From positions 2,046,001 to 2,110,000 of the forward strand of contig UYFQ01000001.1 in the NCBI GenBank assembly GCA_900617105.1: DNA of 64,000 bases, written 5' to 3'. The position numbers and the translations under genes are program-made. The stretch comes from Hydrurus foetidus. Taxonomy: Eukaryota. The notes beneath the pieces were generated by a model that saw only the letters and a list, made by a program, of their open reading frames with translations, searched no databases and had not been told where the DNA came from. Below are positions 53,464-62,954 of the stretch, in pieces; the stretch's first letter is position 1; each line of letters opens with the position of its first letter.

Positions 53464-54225
53464 TTAAATAACTTTGGCTTCGTTTTTAAGCTTGTCGACC
53501 AGCGCGGCAACATCGGCTACTTTGATGCCGGCGCTGCGCTTGGGCGGCTCGTTCACGCTCAGGGTTTTGATGCGCGGCTTGACGTCAACACCCAAGTCTT
53601 CAGGCTTGAAGTTATCGAGTTGCTTTTTCTTGGCCTTCATGATGTTGGGCAGCGTGACATAACGCGGCTCGTTCAAGCGCAGGTCGGTGGTGATGATGGC
53701 GGGTAGGCTCAGGGCCAGCGTCTCCAGGCCTCCGTCAACTTCGCGTGTGACGTTCACCCTCTTCACCCCGTTATCGTCCACCACTTCGACCTTGAAGGCA
53801 AACGTAGCTTGCGGCCAGCCGAGCAGCGCGGCGAGCATTTGGCCGGTTTGGTTGCAGTCGTCGTCAATGGCTTGTTTGCCCAAAATAACGAGCTGTGGTT
53901 GTTCTTTATCAACCAGCGCTTTGAGCAGCTTGGCAACGGCCAGCGGCTGCAGTTCTTCATTGGTTTCCACCAGAATTGCGCGGTCAGCACCAATCGCCAT
54001 GGCCGTGCGCAGCGTCTCCTGGCACTGCAGAACGCCGCAGCTTACTGCTATAACTTCAGTAGCTACGCCTTTTTCTTTCAAGCGGGTGGCCTCTTCAATC
54101 GCGATTTCGTCAAACGGGTTCATGCTCATTTTGACGTTGGCAATGTCGACACCAGTGCCGTCAGATTTAACACGGACTTTGACGTTGTAGTCGACTACAC
54201 GTTTTACGGGTACCAAAACCTTCAT
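53464..54225 (-). CDS. etfB: Electron transfer flavoprotein beta subunit
   Basis: [27 protein letters not shown] and LRLNEPRY motifs. Confidence 0.97.
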   Translation of the reverse strand: MKVLVPVKRVVDYNVKVRVKSDGTGVDIANVKMSMNPFDEIAIEEATRLKEKGVATEVIAVSCGVLQCQETLRTAMAIGADRAILVETNEELQPLAVAKLLKALVDKEQPQLVILGKQAIDDDCNQTGQMLAALLGWPQATFAFKVEVVDDNGVKRVNVTREVDGGLETLALSLPAIITTDLRLNEPRYVTLPNIMKAKKKQLDNFKPEDLGVDVKPRIKTLSVNEPPKRSAGIKVADVAALVDKLKNEAKVI

Positions 54226-54276
54226 TGCGCGGCTCCAAAAATGATGATTGACGATGACCTGTGCGGTGCCATTCGT

Positions 54277-54294
54277 GTTGACGTTAACGTAAGC
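54277..54294. promoter_or_regulatory. Putative LiuR operator upstream of etfBA
   Basis: GTTGACGTTAACGTAAGC resembles the LiuR palindrome TTTACGTwwACGTAAA (consensus recalled from comparative genomics). Confidence 0.7.
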
Positions 54295-54372
54295 TGTAAA
54301 ACCAGCCTTGCATTCTATGCTTTGCCGCATTTTTTACGGGATAAAGGTAGATTGCAAGGACATAAAAACCAA

Positions 54373-54392
54373 AATAGTACGACCGTTCTTTT
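54373..54392. promoter_or_regulatory. Putative FadP (TetR-family) operator upstream of etfBA
   Basis: AATAGTACGACCGTTCTTTT fits the Burkholderiales FadP motif as recalled (AATNGWACGAYCGTKCKNWT). Confidence 0.65.
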
Positions 54393-54448
54393 TTGATTAT
54401 AGGCAAGCGCCAGCCGCTGTTTAGAGCGGCGTCACCAAACCCTGCAAA

Positions 54449-55888
54449 CTACTCGGATGTTGCGGCCGATGACCGGTCTGGCGGCCGGGTCGAGTTGCTG
54501 GTGCTGTCCGTTGGTGCCGATGCAGCGGCCTGCACGGGTGTGGCCGGCGGTGGCGGCGCCGCATCAGCCACAGAATGCACCACACGCTGCGGGTACGGAA
54601 TCGACACGCCGTTGGCACGAAGCGCTGACAGCACAGCCAGGTTAACCAGCGAACGCAAATTTTGCTGCCCGTTTTCGGGGTCAGTCATCCAGTAGTTCAG
54701 CGTGAACTCCAACCCATCAGGGCCAAAGTTGGTCAAATTAACGCCCGGCTCCGGGTGCTTGAGCACCCGCTCTTGCGCGCATGCGGACTCCACCAGCAGC
54801 CGCATGACCAGCTCGACATCGCTGTCATACGCCACCGACACCACAGTCGCCTGCAGCACACGCGAGTCAGCCAGCGACAGGTTTTCAATGCGGTTGCTGA
54901 TGAACATTTCATTGGGCACGATGGATTCGCGGCCAGACAGCGCCCGCACCACGGTGTAGCGCGCCCGAATGTCGGTGATGCGGCCTTCAAAAGTATCGAC
55001 CCGCACGTTGTCGCCAATGCGCACGCTGCGCTCGGCCAGCATGACAAAACCGCTGACGTAATTGGCAGCCAGTTTTTGCAGACCAAAACCCACACCCACA
55101 CCAATCGCACCGCCAACGACCGACAGCGCAGTCAGGTCAATGCCCACCGCCGACAGCGCCACCATTAAGCCGACAAAAACCAAAATCACCCGCGTGGCAT
55201 TGCTAAACGCTTTGCGCAGAGACAGCTCATTGCCAGTGGCCGAGCGCAGCACACGGGACTCAATGGCAGCAGACACCCACAGCGTGATCAAAATAACAAT
55301 GCCTGCGGTCAGAGCGCCTTCAATAATTGTGCGCACCGAAATCGTTGAGGCACCAAACTTCCATTTGATGTCGTCCAGCTCTTCAAGAATGACGGGCAAC
55401 AAGCCGCTGACCCACAGCAGCATGGCCAGCCAGGCAATCCATGAAATAGAGCGCTCCAGCCCACGCGCCCAAGGCGAGTCTTTAAAGGCCGCTTGCAACA
55501 CCTTCACGCCCAGGCGAATAACCGCCAACGACACCAGCACGGGAATCGCGACTTTAAACACCGCCAACGGCAAAACTCGCAGCAACAACGCGCTGGCGGC
55601 GTAGGCTGTGAACAAAAGCAGCAGCGGGAAAAGCACGCCGTCAATAATGTGTTTGCCGAAAAAAATCGACTGGTTGTCTATGTTGCCAACGACGCGGCGC
55701 AAAAGGCGCACCGCGAGCCAGACCAACACCACGCTGGCGATCAACACGGCATGCTCGACTAACGCGGTAGGTTGCACCAACGCAGTCAGCCACTCGTCAA
55801 AACTGTCGATGCGCCGCTTGGGGTACGCGGCAGTGCCAGAAAACAAGCCGGGCGGGAAAAAAGTACTGCTAGATATCAAACCGGCCAT
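54449..55888 (-). CDS. MscS family mechanosensitive channel
   Basis: GVGVGFGLQKLAANYVSG, VRIGD, IVPNE and SIPYPQR motifs. Start uncertain. Confidence 0.92.
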   Translation of the reverse strand: MAGLISSSTFFPPGLFSGTAAYPKRRIDSFDEWLTALVQPTALVEHAVLIASVVLVWLAVRLLRRVVGNIDNQSIFFGKHIIDGVLFPLLLLFTAYAASALLLRVLPLAVFKVAIPVLVSLAVIRLGVKVLQAAFKDSPWARGLERSISWIAWLAMLLWVSGLLPVILEELDDIKWKFGASTISVRTIIEGALTAGIVILITLWVSAAIESRVLRSATGNELSLRKAFSNATRVILVFVGLMVALSAVGIDLTALSVVGGAIGVGVGFGLQKLAANYVSGFVMLAERSVRIGDNVRVDTFEGRITDIRARYTVVRALSGRESIVPNEMFISNRIENLSLADSRVLQATVVSVAYDSDVELVMRLLVESACAQERVLKHPEPGVNLTNFGPDGLEFTLNYWMTDPENGQQNLRSLVNLAVLSALRANGVSIPYPQRVVHSVADAAPPPPATPVQAAASAPTDSTSNSTRPPDRSSAATSE

Positions 55889-56661
55889 GATGGCTTTCGT
55901 TTTTCAATGAAGGCTTGCACACCTTCTTGCGCAACCGGGTGCGCCATGTTGCAGGCCATGGTTTGGCCCGCTAATTGGTAAGCCGCCTCAATATTGGTTT
56001 CGCGTTGCTTGTAAAAAAGCGCCTTGCCCATGGCGACTGCTTCGCGCGGTTTGGCCACAATGGCCTTCACCAGCGATTCAACTTCCGCGTCGAGCGATTC
56101 AAGCGGTACCGCGCGATTGATTAGCCCACGCTGCCTGGCTTCATCGGCTGAAATAAAGCCGCCAGTCAGCAGCATTTCCATCGCCTGCTTGGCACCCATG
56201 TTGCGCGAAAGCGGCACGCTGGGTGTGGCGCAAAACAAGCCAACATCAATACCATTCACGCCGAAGGTGGCGTTGCTTGAGGCCACCGCCAAGTCGCACT
56301 GGGCCACCAGCTGGCAGCCCGCCGCTGTGGCCAAGCCTTGCACCTTGGCTATCACTGGCACACCCAGGTTTTGAATCGTCAGCATCATGCGCGTGCACTG
56401 CGCAAACAACTTTTGGTAGTAGGCCAGCTCTGGGTGGGCGCGCATTTCCTTGAGGTTATGACCCGCGCAAAACGCCTTGCCAACAGCTGCAATAACAACG
56501 ACGCGCGCCGTAGCGTCTTGCGCAACTGCATTTAGCGCAGCTTGCATCGCGGTCATCATTTCTTGGCTCAGTGCGTTAAAGGCGCTGGGCCGATTCAGCA
56601 GCAGCGTGTGCACACCGCGCTCGTCTGTGGTGTGCACAACGAAAGAAAGAACATCTGTCAC
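55876..56661 (-). CDS. Enoyl-CoA hydratase (ECHDC3-like)
   Basis: FCAGHNLKEM, ATAAGCQLVAQCDL, GLFCATP. GTG start with AGGAG RBS. Confidence 0.92.
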   Translation of the reverse strand: MTDVLSFVVHTTDERGVHTLLLNRPSAFNALSQEMMTAMQAALNAVAQDATARVVVIAAVGKAFCAGHNLKEMRAHPELAYYQKLFAQCTRMMLTIQNLGVPVIAKVQGLATAAGCQLVAQCDLAVASSNATFGVNGIDVGLFCATPSVPLSRNMGAKQAMEMLLTGGFISADEARQRGLINRAVPLESLDAEVESLVKAIVAKPREAVAMGKALFYKQRETNIEAAYQLAGQTMACNMAHPVAQEGVQAFIEKRKPSWPV

Positions 56662-56678
56662 TTCAGCTCCTGTCAATG

Positions 56679-57632
56679 CTACAAGTCCGCCAGCACACGA
56701 ATATGCGCTTCCACGCTGCGCGCCAGCGCATTCAGGTCGTAGCCACCTTCCAGCGATGACACGATGCGGCCTTTGGCGTGCCGCTTGGCCACGTCTTTGA
56801 TGCGGCTCGTGATCCACGCGTAGTCTTGCTCAACCAGGCCCATTTGCCCCAGCTCGTCGTCGCGGTGTGCGTCAAAACCAGCGCTGATAAAAATCATTTC
56901 GGGTTTGAAGGCGTCGAGGCGCGGCAGCCACTGCGCCTCAATCATTTCGCGCACTTCCATGCCCTTGGTGTAGGGCGGCAACGGCACATTCAGCATGTTG
57001 CTGGCCGGGTGCTCGGTGCCGCTGTAGGGGTACAGAGGGTGCTGAAAAAAGCTCACCATCAGCACCCGGCTGTCGCCCTTCACAATGTCTTCTGTACCGT
57101 TGCCGTGGTGAACGTCAAAGTCAATAATGGCCACACGTTTAAGGCCGTGGCGCTCCAGCGCATAGCGAGCGGCAATCGCCACATTGTTGAAAAAGCAAAA
57201 ACCCATCGCTTTGTCATGACAAGCATGGTGGCCGGGCGGGCGCACGGCGCAAAAAGCGTTTTCAATGTCGCCCGCCATCACCGCATCGGTGGCGGCCAGT
57301 GCAGCGCCCGCGGCTCGCAGGGCGGCGGTCCAGGTGTGTTCGTTCATTTGCGTGTCGGGGTCGATCTGCACATACGCGGGCCCACCGGCTTTGATGTCGT
57401 CTTGCAGCTGCGCGCCCAGCCCGCGCAGCCCGGCAATCATCATGCGGTCGTGCGCCAGTTCAATGTCTCCAAGGGGCGCAAGGGGTGCTTCGCGGCAGTC
57501 GAGTGCATCTTTGACGCCGGTGGCCAGCAGCCAGTCGTCGATGGCGTCCAGGCGCTCCGGGCATTCGGGGTGGCCTGCGCCCATCTCGTGTTTGCGGCAG
57601 TCTTTGTGGGTGAAATAACCAGTGGTGTTCAT
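56679..57632 (-). CDS. Histone deacetylase family protein
   Basis: HPECPERL, RPPGHHA, DFDVHHGNGT, SAGFDAH and LEGGY motifs. Confidence 0.95.
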   Translation of the reverse strand: MNTTGYFTHKDCRKHEMGAGHPECPERLDAIDDWLLATGVKDALDCREAPLAPLGDIELAHDRMMIAGLRGLGAQLQDDIKAGGPAYVQIDPDTQMNEHTWTAALRAAGAALAATDAVMAGDIENAFCAVRPPGHHACHDKAMGFCFFNNVAIAARYALERHGLKRVAIIDFDVHHGNGTEDIVKGDSRVLMVSFFQHPLYPYSGTEHPASNMLNVPLPPYTKGMEVREMIEAQWLPRLDAFKPEMIFISAGFDAHRDDELGQMGLVEQDYAWITSRIKDVAKRHAKGRIVSSLEGGYDLNALARSVEAHIRVLADL

Positions 57633-57685
57633 GACTTGAAATTGACGTGAAAAATGACAAAGTAGTTTTCAGGTAACGTAACGTA

Positions 57686-58606
57686 ATGGCCGCAAAAACA
57701 AAACTGAAAACACTGCTAAATCAGCTTAACACGGTGATCGTTGGCAAGCCCGCGCAGGTGCAAGATTGCGTGGCTTGCCTACTCGCAGGCGGGCATTTGC
57801 TGATTGAAGACGTGCCGGGGGTCGGCAAAACCACGCTCGCGCACGCGCTGTCGCGCTCTTTCGGGCTGCACTTTTCGCGGGTGCAATTTACCGCCGATTT
57901 AATGCCCAGTGACTTGTCGGGCGTGTCGATTTACGAGCGCCAAAAAGAGAGCTTTGTTTTTCACCCCGGCCCTATTTTTGCGCAGGTGTTGTTGGCCGAC
58001 GAAATCAACCGGGCCAGCCCCAAAACCCAAAGCGCCCTGCTCGAAGCGATGGAAGAAAAGCAGGTCACGATTGAAGGCGCCACCCGCCCGCTGCCTACGC
58101 CGTTTTTTGTGATTGCCACACAAAACCCGCACGACCAGCTGGGCACATACGCGCTGCCTGAATCGCAGCTTGACCGCTTTCACATGCGCATTTCACTCGG
58201 TTACCCTGACCGCGATGCCGAGCGCGAATTGCTTAAAGGCGCTGACCGGCGCGACATGGTCGACAACCTGCCCGCCGTACTAAGCCCGCACGACTTGCTT
58301 GAACTGCAGCAGCAAGTTAGGCAAGTGCATGCCTCAGAGCCATTGCTGAACTACCTGCAAGACCTGATGGCCGCCACGCGCTCGGGCCGCTGGTTTTTAC
58401 AGGGCTTGAGCCCGCGCGCAGGCATTGCCGTGATGCGCGCGGCCAAAGCGCAAGCTTTTCTGAATGAGCGTGACTACGTGGCACCTGACGACATCAGCGC
58501 CGTATTGCCGCAAACCGCAGCGCACCGCTTGGTGCCTGTCAGCGACGCGGGCCGGGGTGCGCAAGAGCAAGTGCGCGCCATGCTGGCAGCGGTGCCTTTG
58601 CCTTGA
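57686..58606 (+). CDS. MoxR family AAA ATPase
   Basis: DVPGVGKT, LADEINRA, ATQNP and ESQLDRF motifs. Confidence 0.94.
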   Translation: MAAKTKLKTLLNQLNTVIVGKPAQVQDCVACLLAGGHLLIEDVPGVGKTTLAHALSRSFGLHFSRVQFTADLMPSDLSGVSIYERQKESFVFHPGPIFAQVLLADEINRASPKTQSALLEAMEEKQVTIEGATRPLPTPFFVIATQNPHDQLGTYALPESQLDRFHMRISLGYPDRDAERELLKGADRRDMVDNLPAVLSPHDLLELQQQVRQVHASEPLLNYLQDLMAATRSGRWFLQGLSPRAGIAVMRAAKAQAFLNERDYVAPDDISAVLPQTAAHRLVPVSDAGRGAQEQVRAMLAAVPLP

Positions 58607-58630
58607 TGATGGTGTTGTTAAATTGTCTTG

Positions 58631-58731
58631 CTCCCTCTCCCCACGGGGGAGAGGGCTGGGGTGAGGGTTTCATCACTGCGCACGCTGCTCGCACCCTCAC
58701 CCCTGCCCTCTCCCGCAAACGGGAGAGGGAG
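58631..58731. repeat. REP doublet (REPIN-like) of the CCCTCACCCC..CCCTCTCCC..GGGAGAGGGAG family
   Basis: Two inverted ~37-bp units, CTCCCTCTCCCCACGGGGGAGAGGGCTGGGGTGAGGG and CCCTCACCCCTGCCCTCTCCCGCAAACGGGAGAGGGAG. Confidence 0.88.
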
Positions 58732-58733
58732 TT

Positions 58734-59726
58734 TTGAAAGTCAGCAGTCCCGCCACCTATCTTCAAACCCGCTTTCACGCCTGGTTTGAAAACCGCCTGC
58801 CGCTCAGCGACCACATCACACTTACCCAGCGCACGGTGTACATCTTGCCTACCCGGCCAGGCTGGATGCTGGGGCTAACACTGCTGGTGCTGTTGGTGGC
58901 GTCGATCAACTACCAGCTTAATTTAGGCTACCTGTTGACTTTTTTACTGGCCGGCAGCGCCGTGGTCGGCATGCATGTATGCCACGGCACGCTGCGTGGG
59001 TTGTCATTAAATTTAATAGCGCCTGGCGCCCAATTTGTCGGGGCTTCGGCCGCTTTTGATGTCAAGCTGATCAACGCTGCAAAAAGCGTGCGCTACGGCA
59101 TTGGCATGGCGGTGATGACGCCACAGCCGCATTGGTCTTGGGCAGATGTGCCCGCAGGCGGCAGCGCCAACGTGCAGGTGGCCTTCACGCCCGAGCGGCG
59201 CGGGCTGCACCGCATTCCCACGCTCACGGCTGAGACGCGGTTTCCGCTAGGCACCTTCAGGGTGTGGACCGTATGGCGCCCCGCCGCCAGTGTGCTGGTG
59301 TACCCCGCTCCCGAATCAATGCCGCCGCCTTTGCCCGCTGGCGAGCCCAAAGCAGGCGGTGCCGCCAACGCCAGCAAAGCGCAAAACACGGGCGAGTTCG
59401 ACGGCGTTCGCGGTTACCGCCGAGGCGACCCAGTCAAGCTGGTGGTTTGGAAAAAAGCCGCGAAAGCTGACGAGAATTCACTCAGCGAAAGCGCTGGCCT
59501 GGTGGTGCGCGACACCCAGCAAGCGCAGCGCCACGAGCTGTGGCTTGACTTTGCCCAAGCAGGCAGCGGTGGGCTTGAAGCCAAGTTGTCGCGCCTGTGT
59601 GCCTGGGTGCTGCAAAGCGACAAACTCGCGCTTGATTACGGTTTGCGCCTGCCCGCGCGCGAGATCAAACCCGCCAGTGGCGAAGCACATAAACGCCAAT
59701 GCCTGGAGGCGCTGGCTTTATGTTGA
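58734..59726 (+). CDS. DUF58 domain protein
   Basis: VYILPT, FPLG, LVYPAPE, GVRGYRRGD..VWK; follows moxR. Confidence 0.9.
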   Translation: MKVSSPATYLQTRFHAWFENRLPLSDHITLTQRTVYILPTRPGWMLGLTLLVLLVASINYQLNLGYLLTFLLAGSAVVGMHVCHGTLRGLSLNLIAPGAQFVGASAAFDVKLINAAKSVRYGIGMAVMTPQPHWSWADVPAGGSANVQVAFTPERRGLHRIPTLTAETRFPLGTFRVWTVWRPAASVLVYPAPESMPPPLPAGEPKAGGAANASKAQNTGEFDGVRGYRRGDPVKLVVWKKAAKADENSLSESAGLVVRDTQQAQRHELWLDFAQAGSGGLEAKLSRLCAWVLQSDKLALDYGLRLPAREIKPASGEAHKRQCLEALALC

Positions 59727-61750
59727 ACGCTGTGATCAATCGACTGAACCACTTGCCGCGCGACAGCCGCGACACGTTGTTTTTGCTCAGCGTGATTGCC
59801 TGGGTGCTGTTGCCGCAAACGCCGCACTTGCCGTGGTGGTGCAGCGCTTTGGCTTTTGCCGTGCTGCTGTGGCGCGGCCGTTTGGCGTTAACGGCCAAGG
59901 CGCTGCCCAGCGCGTGGTGGCGCCTGGGCTTGCTGGCCCTTGCCATGGCGGCCACGCTATTTACTTTTAAAACCCTGCTGGGCCGCGATGCAGGCGTGAC
60001 CATGCTGGCCGTGTTGCTCAGCCTAAAAACACTTGAACTGCGTGCCAAGCGTGATGCGTTTGTGGTGTTTTTTCTCGGCTTTTTTTGCATGCTGGCCAAC
60101 TTTTTTTACACGCAGTCGTTGGTCACTGCGGCCAGCATGTTGATTGGCTTATTGGGTCTGCTCACGGTGCTGGTCAATGCGCACATGCCGGTCGGCAAAC
60201 CGCCCCTGCGGGTTGCGGCCAAAACCGCTGGCTGGATGGCACTGCTGGGCGCGCCCATCATGGTGGTGCTGTTTTTGCTTTTCCCGCGCTTGGCGCCGCT
60301 GTGGGGCACACCGGGCGAGGCTATTGCCGGCCGCAGCGGCTTGAGCAGCACCATGCAGGTGGGCACCATCGCCAGCCTGGCATTAGACGACAGCGTGGCG
60401 CTGCGCATCAAGTTTGAAGGCGCACCGCCGCAGCAAAGCGACATGTACTTTCGTGGGCCGGTGCTGTCTACCTTTGATGGCCGCGAGTGGCGCGCCGCCA
60501 ACCCGGATGTGTTTTCACGCTTCAAGGTTACTGCCAGTTTGGTGGTGAGTGGCGAGCCGGTTCGCTATGAAGTCACGCAAGAGCCCAGCAGCAAGCCGTG
60601 GCTGGTGATGATGGACGCAGCGCCCAAGCCGCCCGCTGTTGAAGGCTACGAAAGCTTCATGTTGAGCGATTTGCAGTGGATCACCAACCGCCCCATCAAC
60701 AGCCTGGTGCGCTATAAAGTCGAGAGCTACCCGCGCTTTACCCACGGCCCCACGCAGCCGGTGATTGGCTTGAAAGAATTTGTTGATTTACCGCCAGGCT
60801 TTAACCCCCGCACACTCGCGCTGGCCCAAGACATTCGGCGCGACCCGCGCTATGCACAAGCTGCCAGCGGCCCGCTGGTCGATGTGGTGATGAGCAAATT
60901 GCGAGAAGGCAGCTACACCTACACGCTAGAGCCGGGCGTGTACGGCCAAAACACCGCAGACGAATTCTGGTTCGACAAAAAAGAAGGCTTTTGTGAACAC
61001 ATTGCGTCGAGCTTTGTGATTTTGATGCGCGCCCTCGGCGTGCCAGCGCGCATCGTGACTGGCTACCAGGGCGGCGAGTTAAACGGTGTTGACGGTTTTT
61101 GGACAGTGCGCCAAAGCGATGCACACGCGTGGGCCGAGGTGTGGTTTGAAGGCCGAGGCTGGGTGCGTGTTGACCCCACATCGGCGGTGTCGCCTAGCCG
61201 CACCGGCGCGTTTCAGCGCTTAACGCCGCCGCAAAATGCAGTCGGCCAGGCGCTGCGCAATTTCAACCCGGCGTTTTCCCTTCAGCTGCGCGCTGCGTGG
61301 GAAGCCGTCAACAACAGCTGGAACCAGTGGGTGTTGAACTACACGCAAGGCAAGCAACTCAACCTTTTGAAAAACATCGGTTTCACGTCACCCAGCTGGG
61401 AAGACTTGAGCTACGTGCTGATTGGCATTGTGGTGGCTGTCAGCATAGCGGGCGCGGCTTGGGGCTTGTGGGAACGCACCCAGCACGACCCGTGGCTGCG
61501 CTTGCTGGGGCGCGCGCGCAAACGTTTGGCCAAAGCCGGTATTGAAAGCACCGCCGCCAGCACGCCGCGCCAGCTCGCGCTGTTGCTGCTTGGCAAATTG
61601 CCTGACTCAAAAGCAGACCCCGCGCACAGCGGGCTAGTCGCCTGGCTGATGCAACTGGAAGCGCAACGCTACGCCAGCGCAACCCACGCCAGCACGGCGG
61701 CCCTGCAGCAACTCAAGCAGCAGTTCAAAACGCTGGCCTGGCCTAAGTAA
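59720..61750 (+). CDS. DUF3488 and transglutaminase-like domain protein (TgpA family)
   Basis: N-terminal TM segments, GFCEH, GVPARIVTGYQGG, AHAWAEVW and WVRVDPT motifs. Confidence 0.92.
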   Translation: MLNAVINRLNHLPRDSRDTLFLLSVIAWVLLPQTPHLPWWCSALAFAVLLWRGRLALTAKALPSAWWRLGLLALAMAATLFTFKTLLGRDAGVTMLAVLLSLKTLELRAKRDAFVVFFLGFFCMLANFFYTQSLVTAASMLIGLLGLLTVLVNAHMPVGKPPLRVAAKTAGWMALLGAPIMVVLFLLFPRLAPLWGTPGEAIAGRSGLSSTMQVGTIASLALDDSVALRIKFEGAPPQQSDMYFRGPVLSTFDGREWRAANPDVFSRFKVTASLVVSGEPVRYEVTQEPSSKPWLVMMDAAPKPPAVEGYESFMLSDLQWITNRPINSLVRYKVESYPRFTHGPTQPVIGLKEFVDLPPGFNPRTLALAQDIRRDPRYAQAASGPLVDVVMSKLREGSYTYTLEPGVYGQNTADEFWFDKKEGFCEHIASSFVILMRALGVPARIVTGYQGGELNGVDGFWTVRQSDAHAWAEVWFEGRGWVRVDPTSAVSPSRTGAFQRLTPPQNAVGQALRNFNPAFSLQLRAAWEAVNNSWNQWVLNYTQGKQLNLLKNIGFTSPSWEDLSYVLIGIVVAVSIAGAAWGLWERTQHDPWLRLLGRARKRLAKAGIESTAASTPRQLALLLLGKLPDSKADPAHSGLVAWLMQLEAQRYASATHASTAALQQLKQQFKTLAWPK

Positions 61751-61759
61751 AATGAGGGC

Positions 61760-62884
61760 ATGCCTGCAAAACTGCCCTTATTCAAGTTTTTATCTACTAT
61801 TATTTTAGTAGCTGCTTGCGCCCGTATCTCTTGGGCTGCAGACCTAAATGATACTAAAAAAGCGGCTTTAAACGGCGCTCCAGCTGCAGGGCAGCCCCCC
61901 GCCAGTCATTCCAGTCATTCCAATTATTCCAACCGCCCAGAAGTCATGCAGTTTGCCGACGACCTGGCCGCCAGGCGCGACCTGGACCCCACCTGGGTTC
62001 GCCAGGCCATCGGCCAAGCCAGGTATAGCGCTACGGTGGCGCGCCTGATGCAACCCGCCCCCAAACCTTTCGTTAAAAACTGGCGCGTGTACCGCAGTCG
62101 CTTTATTGACCCGGTGCGCATAGCGGCTGGCGTGAAGTTTTGGCAAACCAACGCGGCTACGCTGCAGCGCGCTGAAAAAGAATACGGCGTGCCAATTGAC
62201 ATCATCGTCGGCATCATTGGTGTCGAAACCATTTACGGCCGCGACACCGGCAGCTTTCGCGTGATGGACGCCATCACCACGCTGGCGTTCGACTTTCCCA
62301 GCAGCCACCCGCGCGCCAAAGAACGCAGCGAGTTTTTCAAAGGCGAGGTAGAGCAATTTTTAAGCATGCAAAGCCGCCGGGGCGCCGACCCGTTTGAGCC
62401 GCGCGGCAGCTTTGCAGGCGCCATGGGTATGCCGCAGTTCATGCCGTCCAGCTGGGTGAAATACGCGGTCGATTTTGATGGCGACGGCAACATCGATTTG
62501 TGGAACAGCCCCGCAGATGTCATTGGCTCGGTGGCCAATTACTTCAAGGCCTTTAACTGGCAACCCGGCATGCCCACGCATTACCCGGTGAGCTTTGACA
62601 AAACCAGGCTAGACATGGACGCGCTCATGGCGCCCGACATACTGCCCACCTTCAGCGTGGCCAGCTTTACCGCCAAAGGCGCAGTGCTAGACGCGGCGGG
62701 CGCAGCGCACACCGGCCCGCTGGCGCTGATTGAACTGCTCAACGGCCCAGATGCGCCGCAGTACGTGGCGGGCACCGACAATTTTTACGCCATTACCCGC
62801 TACAACTGGAGCAGTTACTACGCCATGTCGGTGATTGAGCTGGGGCGGGAAGTGGCGTTGAAAATGGCCGAGCGGGGGCGGTAG
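61760..62884 (+). CDS. mltB: Lytic murein transglycosylase B
   Basis: GVETIYG, GSFAGAMGMPQFMPSS, DFDGDG and ITRYN motifs. Confidence 0.93.
   Translation: MPAKLPLFKFLSTIILVAACARISWAADLNDTKKAALNGAPAAGQPPASHSSHSNYSNRPEVMQFADDLAARRDLDPTWVRQAIGQARYSATVARLMQPAPKPFVKNWRVYRSRFIDPVRIAAGVKFWQTNAATLQRAEKEYGVPIDIIVGIIGVETIYGRDTGSFRVMDAITTLAFDFPSSHPRAKERSEFFKGEVEQFLSMQSRRGADPFEPRGSFAGAMGMPQFMPSSWVKYAVDFDGDGNIDLWNSPADVIGSVANYFKAFNWQPGMPTHYPVSFDKTRLDMDALMAPDILPTFSVASFTAKGAVLDAAGAAHTGPLALIELLNGPDAPQYVAGTDNFYAITRYNWSSYYAMSVIELGREVALKMAERGR
61796..61836 (+). repeat. 41-bp element, copy 15 (inside the mltB signal-peptide region)
   Basis: ACTA-TTATTTTAG-TAGC-TGCTTGC-GCCC-GTATCTCTT-GGGC, encoding TIILVAACARISWA, with phased tracts to ~61872. 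Confidence 0.9.
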
Positions 62885-62954
62885 ATGGGCAACGCATCTC
62901 AGCTCAGAGCCAGTAACCAATAAAAGCCGAAATCCGACAGCTATCATCAAGCTG

